Source of the DNA: Patescibacteria group bacterium
GTDB taxonomy: Bacteria; Patescibacteriota; Patescibacteriia; UBA9934; GWF2-40-263
Reading direction: 5' to 3'
DNA length: 64,000 nt
Assembly (NCBI GenBank): GCA_004297215.1
Contig: SCUM01000001.1
Location: 678,716 to 742,715, forward strand
Shown here piece after piece: positions 57,174 through 64,000 of this stretch (positions are counted from its first letter, which is position 1; each line of letters begins with the position of its first letter). The notes under the pieces were generated by a model. That model saw only the letters and a list, made by a program, of their open reading frames with translations. It ran no database searches and was not told the origin of the DNA. Both the position numbers and the translations under genes were made by a program.

Positions 57174-58100
57174 ATGGCAAAGCTCTCTCGGCTCATGACC
57201 GATTTCCTGGAATACCTGGAAGTGGAACGTGGAAGGAGCGCGCGCACCATCCGCAATTACGATTTTTACCTGCGCCGATTCGCGGGATGGTCGAAGAACG
57301 TGGATCCGTCGCGTATCACCAAGGAACAGGTGCGCCAGTACCGCTTGTGGTTGAATCGTGAATTGCCTGGACGCGAAGGCGGCGTCATAAAGAAGAACAC
57401 CCAGAACTATCATCTCATCGCGCTCCGGACGTTCCTCAAATATCTTTCTCGTCGCGACATCCCTTCCCTCGCCCCGGAGCAGATCGAGCTGTCAAAGCAA
57501 GCGGCGCGCGAGGTGGCGTTCCTTGAGACGGATGAACTGTCGCGCATGCTCGCGATTCCCCGTCAAGAGGCCGAAGGACTCATCGCCCTGCGCGATACGG
57601 CCATCCTCGAGATGCTGTTTTCCACCGGCTGCCGCGTGTCCGAGCTCGCGAGCCTCAAGATCGAGCAGGTAAACCTCAAGCGCGACGAGTTCACCGTGCG
57701 CGGCAAGGGCGACAAGCTGCGCGTGGTGTTCCTCTCTGACTCCGCCAAGGCCGCGCTCGCGGCCTATCTCGGCGCCCGCCGCGACCCCAGCCCGTCCCTG
57801 TTCGTGAGCCACGACCGCGCGAAAGGCGGCCGCGCCGAATCCGGCCCGCTCACGCCGCGCTCCATCCAGCGCCTCGTGGAGCGCTACGCCAAGGCCGCGG
57901 GGATCACGAAGAAGATCACCCCGCACACGCTGCGCCACACCTTCGCCACCGACCTGTTGCTCGGCGGCGCAGACATCCGCGCCGTGCAGTCCCTGCTCGG
58001 CCACGCCTCGATCACGACGACGCAGGTGTACACCCACATCACCAACAAGACGCTCAAGGACGTGCACAAGAGGTTCCATGGGAAATCGCGCGAGGGTTGA
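57174..58100 (+). CDS. XerC/XerD-type tyrosine recombinase
   Basis: STGCRVSEL, VRGKG.K.R, TPHTLRHTFAT, LLGHASITTTQVYTH. Confidence 0.95.
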   Translation: MAKLSRLMTDFLEYLEVERGRSARTIRNYDFYLRRFAGWSKNVDPSRITKEQVRQYRLWLNRELPGREGGVIKKNTQNYHLIALRTFLKYLSRRDIPSLAPEQIELSKQAAREVAFLETDELSRMLAIPRQEAEGLIALRDTAILEMLFSTGCRVSELASLKIEQVNLKRDEFTVRGKGDKLRVVFLSDSAKAALAAYLGARRDPSPSLFVSHDRAKGGRAESGPLTPRSIQRLVERYAKAAGITKKITPHTLRHTFATDLLLGGADIRAVQSLLGHASITTTQVYTHITNKTLKDVHKRFHGKSREG

Positions 58101-58444
58101 CGCGAAGCGCGCGCGAGGGTAGCATCGGCTTCGCCGCATGAAGCCAGGAGCCGCCATGTCCGTTTCCGACGACGCCCACGCCGACCTGCCCGTTCCTTCC
58201 TCCCCGCCCGCCCGCCACCCGCACGATTTCATCTCTCCGGTCATCCGTTCGCTCGACCCGGAGGCGATCCTTGCCCGGATGACCGAGGCGTTCGCGACCC
58301 CCGACACGTACCTCGAGCTCGAGACCCCTCCGTTCCTCCCAGGCCTGCGCGCCTGACGCTTCGCCGCGCGCCCTTCCTCCGGACGCGCGTTTTTCATTGC
58401 CAAGCGTTGACGGAGATGGAAAAATGCGAGAGGATCCGCCGTTC

Positions 58445-58521
58445 GCTCCCATAGCTCAACTGGATAGAGCAAGCGGCTTCTATCCGCTAGGTTGCAGGTT
58501 CGACTCCTGCTGGGAGTACCA
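58445..58521 (+). tRNA. tRNA-Arg(TCT)
   Basis: Cloverleaf; anticodon arm AGCGG-CTTCTAT-CCGCT, GGTTCGACTCC T-arm, encoded CCA. Confidence 0.96.
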
Positions 58522-58608
58522 CAAGGGCATCCGCATCGCCCCGAGCGAAGTCGAGGGGTTGACCTGCGGGTGTTTTTGTTGTTGGATGGCGTTTGCCAAG
58601 GAGGCGGC

Positions 58609-59127
58609 ATGCGACTCGTCCCCGTCCTTTTCCTCATGTTGTGCGGGTGTGTCCACGCACCCGACCCTCCAGTCGAAGACCCGCGCTGCGCGGGCGCCAA
58701 TGCCCGAGCCGCGCTTGAGCGCGCGAAGGCCGATCGCCGCCGCACGTTCGAGATCGCGGCCAAGGACGTGACCTCGGTCGCCGAGGAAGTCGGCCGGCTC
58801 GCGACGCGCGGCCTCAACGCGAAGAACGCGTCGCAGCGCCCGCTCACCGCGGAGCAGACGATGCAGGCCGACGGGAGGCTGCGCGGGGTGCGCGGCATCC
58901 TCTTGGCCGAGCACGACCATCTCCTCGACCTTGCCACGCACGCCTCTGACCCGTTCGACGGGAATGACGCGCGGTCGTCCTGCCGCGAGGTGGTCGCGAA
59001 AACGGATGCCGAGCTTTCGCAGACGCGTTCCGTGGTGCGAAGCGCGCTCCAGGAGTTCCAGATCGTCGCCGACGAGTACGGGCTCCCCGTGTCCATCCAG
59101 GTGGATTCCTCCTCCCCGGCCCGCTAG
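58609..59127 (+). CDS. Putative lipoprotein
   Basis: MRLVPVLFLMLCGC lipobox; AAGGAGG upstream. Confidence 0.7.
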   Translation: MRLVPVLFLMLCGCVHAPDPPVEDPRCAGANARAALERAKADRRRTFEIAAKDVTSVAEEVGRLATRGLNAKNASQRPLTAEQTMQADGRLRGVRGILLAEHDHLLDLATHASDPFDGNDARSSCREVVAKTDAELSQTRSVVRSALQEFQIVADEYGLPVSIQVDSSSPAR

Positions 59128-59194
59128 GGTCGGTTTTTCTTCGGGAAGGCCTTGAAAAAAAGCCTGTCGCGGTGTAGCATCGCGACACCTGCAT

Positions 59195-59270
59195 GGTGCC
59201 TATAGCACAACGGCTAGTGCACCGGGTTGTGGTCCCGGCTATGAGGGTTCGATTCCCTCTAGGCACCCCA
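59195..59270 (+). tRNA. tRNA-His(GTG)
   Basis: G-1/C73 pair, anticodon arm CCGGG-TTGTGGT-CCCGG, GGTTCGATTCC, CCA. Confidence 0.96.
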
Positions 59271-59343
59271 CGCAAAGGCGCTCCCGAAAGGGGACGTTTT
59301 TGCGTATACGAACCGAATGCTCTGTTGACACAATGGCGGCATC

Positions 59344-59907
59344 ATGGGTAATTACACGTGCAGTCTCCCTTTGAAATCGGAGGAACGCGTGGACATCGAA
59401 GAGAAGCTGCCGCCAGAGCAACGCGTCTGTACTCAACAGGTCCTCGTCCCGACCATCCGGGTGCAGTCGTTCGCGGCTCGCCGACCCGAGGAGGTGTTCG
59501 TCCAGTGGTTCGGATGTACGAGAGACGAGGATCTAGGCAAATGGCAGTTCCGATTCCCGGTCGGAGTGCCGGTGGATGACGTCCACTGGATGGGTCGTCC
59601 CGAAAACTTCGAGGTCATCTTTCTTGGCCCTGCCAAAGCTTGGCCCGAAGCCTCGGCTGTTCCGAAGGTTATTAAGACCCTGGGAAAGGGCGATCCCGAA
59701 CAGTGTGTCTTGTGGCTCACCTCGGCACATTATGGAACGCGCACGGAGAGCGGCGTCGGGCCTGCCTGCATGGCGTTCGCACTCCGGGTTTCCCTGGCAG
59801 ACGGCATTTACGGTGTGATCCAGCCCAAGCCGTACGCGGATCTTGAAGTGCTCACGCGCGTGAATGCAGACTTCAAACGGTCATCACGTTCGAATCATGA
59901 ACGATGA
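59344..59907 (+). CDS. Hypothetical protein
   Basis: ORF followed by a hairpin plus T-tract (59913-59946); start uncertain. Confidence 0.55.
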   Translation: MGNYTCSLPLKSEERVDIEEKLPPEQRVCTQQVLVPTIRVQSFAARRPEEVFVQWFGCTRDEDLGKWQFRFPVGVPVDDVHWMGRPENFEVIFLGPAKAWPEASAVPKVIKTLGKGDPEQCVLWLTSAHYGTRTESGVGPACMAFALRVSLADGIYGVIQPKPYADLEVLTRVNADFKRSSRSNHER

Positions 59908-60123
59908 CGATTCCTCCCCCGTCTTCACGGATGGGGGAGGTTTTTATTCTCAAACCCGAACCGCCAGTCTGCCATTCCTGGCCAAAACCGCTGTTCTAAC
60001 GTTTTCGCACAGCGCACCCCACGAAAAGACGTCCAGACGGGCGTTTTTTCGTTTCAGGCGTGACCATTCCTTTACATCCGCGTATCCGATGGTACGCTGC
60101 TCGCGCTGACGGTTCCTGATCGT

Positions 60124-61131
60124 ATGAAACGCCTGTTCCCCGCCCTGATCGCCTCCCTGCTGCTCGTCGGAGCCGGCTGCCTTTCGCTTTCCGACGGCCT
60201 CACGCCGCAGCCGCAGCCGGCCATCGAGCCGGTGGTCGGGCTGTTCGGGGCCGTGGAGGCGTATGACAGCGCCACGAGGATCATCACCCTCGTGTCCCCG
60301 GACGGGGGCGCGGACGAGGTGTTCGTGGTCCCGGGAACGAACGTGCCGGAGGAAGTGGTCGGCCGCCTCGTCACCGTTTCCGGCGAGCGCGACCTCACCA
60401 CGCGCCGAGTGACCGCGACCGGCTTGCAGCTCAATGACCTGCCGAACCTCGTGGTGACCTCCCCGCTGCTCGGATCCATCGTGACCTCCCCGCTGGTCGT
60501 GTTCGGGTTCGGGCGCACGTTCGAGCAGTCGTTTGCTTACCGTATCCGAGACGCGGCCAACAAGGTCGTGTTTGAGGGCCATGCGTTGACGGCCGCATCC
60601 GGCATGGGGATGTACGGGCCCTTCCGGACGGACATCATCCTGCCGGCGATGGCAGAGAAAGGCTTTTCCCTCGAAGTATTCCAGTTTTCGGCCAAAGACG
60701 GGACGGTCATCGACCTGGTCACGGTGCCGCTCACCCTGCTCACTACCGACACGACCGTCTTTGACGTCTTTTTCCCGAACCGCCTGAAAGGGTCGAACGC
60801 CGACTGCTCCCTCACCTTCCCGGTGTCGCGCACGGTGGCGAAGACCGCCGCCGTGGGGCGCGCCGCCATCGCCTCCCTGCTCTCGGGGCCCACGACGAGC
60901 GAACGCGCCCAGGGTTCCTTCACGAGCATCAACGCCGGCACGCAGCTGCGCTCGCTCTCCATCAACGACGGGACCGCCGTCGCGGATTTCAATGCGTATC
61001 TGAACGCGGCCGGTTCCTGCCGGGTCACGGCCATCCGCTCGCAGGTCGAGAACACCCTGCGGCAGTTCGATGCGGTGTCCGACGTGGTGATATCCGTGGA
61101 GGGGAAGGCGGACACGGCCTTGCAGCCGTAG
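60124..61131 (+). CDS. Lipoprotein with Gmad2 Ig-like and GerMN domains
   Basis: LLVGAGC lipobox; TSPL.V.G.GR.FE; A...LL.GPT..E...G...AGSC.V..IR.QVE.TL.QF..V..V.ISVEG. Confidence 0.88.
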   Translation: MKRLFPALIASLLLVGAGCLSLSDGLTPQPQPAIEPVVGLFGAVEAYDSATRIITLVSPDGGADEVFVVPGTNVPEEVVGRLVTVSGERDLTTRRVTATGLQLNDLPNLVVTSPLLGSIVTSPLVVFGFGRTFEQSFAYRIRDAANKVVFEGHALTAASGMGMYGPFRTDIILPAMAEKGFSLEVFQFSAKDGTVIDLVTVPLTLLTTDTTVFDVFFPNRLKGSNADCSLTFPVSRTVAKTAAVGRAAIASLLSGPTTSERAQGSFTSINAGTQLRSLSINDGTAVADFNAYLNAAGSCRVTAIRSQVENTLRQFDAVSDVVISVEGKADTALQP

Positions 61132-61301
61132 CACGGGCCTTCTTGACGGGCCGCCGGGCCTCACGTAGAATCCGCGCTGCTCCTCAAAAAGCCGATCAGC
61201 CGATCGGCGGAGAAGCGACCGCTCCGTGACAATCCAAAAGAACTTTCTCCAAGATTCCGTCACGTGCGGCGTCCGAAAACCGCAGTGCACACGAGGTTCG
61301 C

Positions 61302-62624
61302 ATGAAGACCCAGCAGATCAACCCCAAGACCATCGTCGAATTCCCGGTCGTCAGCCTTTCGGCCAACGACCGCAAGAAGGCGCAGGCGAAGGGGCAGATT
61401 CCCAACGACGTCGACATCAAGGACCTGCAGGCGATCAAGACGCTGAAGGCCAAGATTCCGTACGGCGAGCTGAGCCACACCAACAAGAGCCACTACGCCC
61501 AGCTGCGGAAGAACACCAAGGGCACGACCGCCAAGGCCCCGCCCGAGCTCGCGTGGGCGGGCGGGAAGCTCGTCACCCAGGGATACCAGCCCTGCGGCGT
61601 CGACTGCACGGGCTACCGCGGCGACGGCTACAACGCCGTCCTCGCGGCGCTCAAGGCGTGCGACAGCATCGAGGCGTTCGCCAACGTGCTGATCGACCCG
61701 GTGCGCACGCACTCCTCGCCCGAGGGCAAGATGCCGGCGGTCGAGATCGTCGTCATCGACGGCTATCGCGAGAACTTCAAGAACGTGAAGGCGACGTTCA
61801 AGGGCGAGTTCTCGGGCGGCATCATCCGCAAGGCGCAGGGCCGCTCCGAGATGGAGCAAATCGGCGGGATCAACTTCATGGTCGTCACCCCGGACGGCCT
61901 CCAGGCGATCAGCGCCTCGAAGTTCCTGTCCGAGTACGCCGAGCAGGGCGGCGTGGTGTGGAACTTCCTGAGCTTCCTGATGGCGCAGGCCATCACGCTC
62001 GGCAAGCTCAACCCGAAGCTCGGCACGCAGCAGTTCGACTTCATCGGCCTCGACGACGAGCGGGCAACCTTCATGCTCAAGAACGCGAAGCCCGTCGGCA
62101 GCCCCGTGCAGAGCGCCTTCCCGAAGGCCAAGACCACCGACCACGCCGTCACCTCGCGCGGCATCGGTGAGCTCGTGCCGGGCACGAAGCTCGTGAAGAG
62201 CATCGGCTGGGACGGGCTCTACGCCGCGGCGAAGTCGGGCAACAACCCCGACTACGTCGACCAGAACCTGCCGTTCAACGTGGACGGCTTCGGCACGTCC
62301 ACGCGGCTGCACAACGGCCAGGAGGTCATCCTCGCCACGCCCAGCGAGGGGCAGAACCTCGCCGTGAGCCTGCCGGTGACCGCCACCGAGCGCGGCTTCG
62401 CCCTGGGGGCGCCGCAGAACGCGCTGCCCAACAACGAGCAGACCAAGCACCTCAAAGGGTGCGTGGCCATCCGCTCCGACGAGGGCGGCATGACCTGGCA
62501 GTTGACGCGCCAGAGCAACGACCGCACGGTGCACGACGTCCTGCGCCAGCCGCGGCAGAACATGACGCCGACGGAGCTCGCCTTCAGCAAGGCGACCGCC
62601 GGCGAGCAGCAGCACGCGGCCTGA
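61302..62624 (+). CDS. Hypothetical protein with strong codon bias
   Basis: 440 aa, nearly all third positions G/C; own promoter TTGACG...TAGAAT at ~61143-61171. Confidence 0.85.
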   Translation: MKTQQINPKTIVEFPVVSLSANDRKKAQAKGQIPNDVDIKDLQAIKTLKAKIPYGELSHTNKSHYAQLRKNTKGTTAKAPPELAWAGGKLVTQGYQPCGVDCTGYRGDGYNAVLAALKACDSIEAFANVLIDPVRTHSSPEGKMPAVEIVVIDGYRENFKNVKATFKGEFSGGIIRKAQGRSEMEQIGGINFMVVTPDGLQAISASKFLSEYAEQGGVVWNFLSFLMAQAITLGKLNPKLGTQQFDFIGLDDERATFMLKNAKPVGSPVQSAFPKAKTTDHAVTSRGIGELVPGTKLVKSIGWDGLYAAAKSGNNPDYVDQNLPFNVDGFGTSTRLHNGQEVILATPSEGQNLAVSLPVTATERGFALGAPQNALPNNEQTKHLKGCVAIRSDEGGMTWQLTRQSNDRTVHDVLRQPRQNMTPTELAFSKATAGEQQHAA

Positions 62625-62812
62625 ACGACGGCGTCGATATCGACGCCGCAAGGGCCAACGCGCCCGCCGAAGCTCCATCCTGGAGCGACGGCGGGCCTTT
62701 TCTTTCTCTGTCCATTGACCGTTTCCCGTTCCTGTCGTATCTTTGCGCGACCCGACGCGAGGCATCCTGCCGCGCCGCCGGCCGCCCATTCCCACAAGGA
62801 GTACCGCATCCC

Positions 62813-63775
62813 ATGGCGTACCTGAAGCGTTCGATCCAGAACCCCGGCGAGCTGTTCGCCCTTCCCGACATCTTTCTGCGTGGCGACGCGTTCGCGGGGT
62901 TCCAGGTGGACCTCGCCCGCGAGAGCCGTTTCGAAGTCCTGCTGGACAAGGACCTGATCGCGCCTCGCACGGGCGCCGGGGCGGAGGCGCAGAGCCTGCT
63001 GCACCCGAGCCGCTACACGCACGTGCGCAGGATCATGCACGACCCGCTGCGGCGCATCGCCGTGGTGTCGTTCCACAAGAACGCCACGAACAATCCGATC
63101 GCTCGCGCGCTCGCTCCGAAGATCGCCGCCCTCCCCTTCGCAAACGGCTTCCTGAAGGGCGACCCGCTCAAGCGCACGGCGCTCACCCTCGCGGGCCGTA
63201 CGGGAAAGGGCGTGCCGTTCGCCGCGGTCGGCACCGCGCCGGCCGCGGAAATCAACCTCCCCGAGGGCTGGGCGCATGCCGAGTTCACGGCCACGCGCGA
63301 CGACCTGTTCGCCTTCCTGCCAGGCGGCAAGGCCTTGTGCGCCGCGTCGTTCGACCAGATGGAGAAGGCGCTCATCGCCGGCACCAAGGTCCGCTGGGAC
63401 CTCGCATACGAGTCGAGGTTTCCGATCATCTGGGCGAGCCGGCAGGTGGGCGACGGCATCGTGTTGGGCACCTTCGCCGCCGAACAGGCTCTCGTCGGCG
63501 GCCGCCTGATGTCCGCCCAGGGGTTGCGCCCCGTGCGCGGCGCGCACGGTCCTGCCAAGCTCACCCCCGTGGGACCCGCCATCGCCTCGGGCGGGCCGGA
63601 CGCGGTCGCGCTCGACGGGCTCACCATGAGCCCGGACGGCGCCACGCTGCGCGTCGCCTTCCGGAGCGTGAGCGAGAAGGAACAGGAGACCCCGCTCCCC
63701 GTCACGAAGGCATTCAAGGAGACGGACGCCCCCTGGCGCGGCCTCATCGAGTCGATGAACGCCTTGCCGCGATAG
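62813..63775 (+). CDS. Hypothetical protein, possible distant paralog of the upstream gene
   Basis: 320 aa from MAYLKRS; host codon usage; terminator hairpin at ~63784-63822. Confidence 0.8.
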   Translation: MAYLKRSIQNPGELFALPDIFLRGDAFAGFQVDLARESRFEVLLDKDLIAPRTGAGAEAQSLLHPSRYTHVRRIMHDPLRRIAVVSFHKNATNNPIARALAPKIAALPFANGFLKGDPLKRTALTLAGRTGKGVPFAAVGTAPAAEINLPEGWAHAEFTATRDDLFAFLPGGKALCAASFDQMEKALIAGTKVRWDLAYESRFPIIWASRQVGDGIVLGTFAAEQALVGGRLMSAQGLRPVRGAHGPAKLTPVGPAIASGGPDAVALDGLTMSPDGATLRVAFRSVSEKEQETPLPVTKAFKETDAPWRGLIESMNALPR

Positions 63776-63926
63776 CTCCAACGCCCGTCCGGACGCCTGT
63801 CCGGACGGGTCTTTTCTTTTTCCCCCATTTTCGCAGGAAATTTCATTTCCTGCCCTCATTCGTTCGGACAAGGGCGATAGAGGAATCGCCCTTGTCACTC
63901 ACTCATTTCGGGCATAATATTCGCGC

Positions 63927-64000
63927 ATGAAATCCTTGAAGCAGGACACATTCCTGGTCATCGACGGCAATGCCCTTCTCCATCGGGCATGGCACGCGAT
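63927..64000 (+). CDS. polA: DNA polymerase I, N-terminus (runs off the right edge)
   Basis: MKSLKQDTFLVIDGNALLHRAWHA, the 5'-3' exonuclease start motif. Confidence 0.85.
   Translation, partial: MKSLKQDTFLVIDGNALLHRAWHA

Noticed and set aside
58138-58356. 72-aa ORF after xer
   Set aside because: No motif and little supporting signal; left uncalled.
57174-59270. Second integrated element (tyrosine recombinase near two tRNAs)
   Set aside because: The protein looks like housekeeping XerC/D with host codon usage, and no duplicated tRNA 3' end was seen.
57492-63930. Long overlapping ORFs (57492-59096, 59950-61290, 61260-62795, 62252-63898 and similar)
   Set aside because: Shadow frames of GC-rich genes, Arg/Pro/Gly-rich, overlapping tRNAs or better-supported CDSs.

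Overview
The window has two compositionally distinct parts. Positions ~1-40072 are a lower-GC integrated element, mostly an apparently intact temperate, probably podovirus-like prophage. From left to right it carries a large serine recombinase, a cI/cro switch, RecT plus an unusual nuclease-FtsK fusion, a lambda-like replication module, an MTase/ParB/terminase block, portal/scaffold/capsid genes, fibre, nozzle and ejection proteins, and a lysis cassette. It has a CglI/NgoAVII-type restriction-modification module with vsr at its right end and an ArsR-merA unit beyond the recombinase. The element interrupts comM (yifB) exactly at the Walker B 'LFL|DE' codons; the other att junction is not in the window. 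Positions ~40073-64000 are higher-GC host chromosome: comM 5' half, lspA, dksA-like, pnp, NYN, rpsO, dsbA-like, trmB-like, livKHMGF, xerC/D, tRNA-Arg, tRNA-His and the start of polA. The host is inferred, not proven, to be a Patescibacteria/CPR bacterium (ABY1/Uhrbacteria-like) from SD-poor 'tATG' starts, 'GAGC' lipoboxes and gene content. Best leads: (1) RecT paired with a PD-(D/E)XK nuclease-FtsK fusion; (2) a ~410-nt structured host RNA with its own promoter and terminator; (3) an ACATCA-N4-TGATGT operator network over early and late phage promoters; (4) a shared AGAAGTCCCCCT leader motif whose exact complement lies in a structured intergenic segment; (5) a virion protein with 31 x 14-aa repeats. 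All calls were made by eye from motifs; no database searches or folding programs were run.
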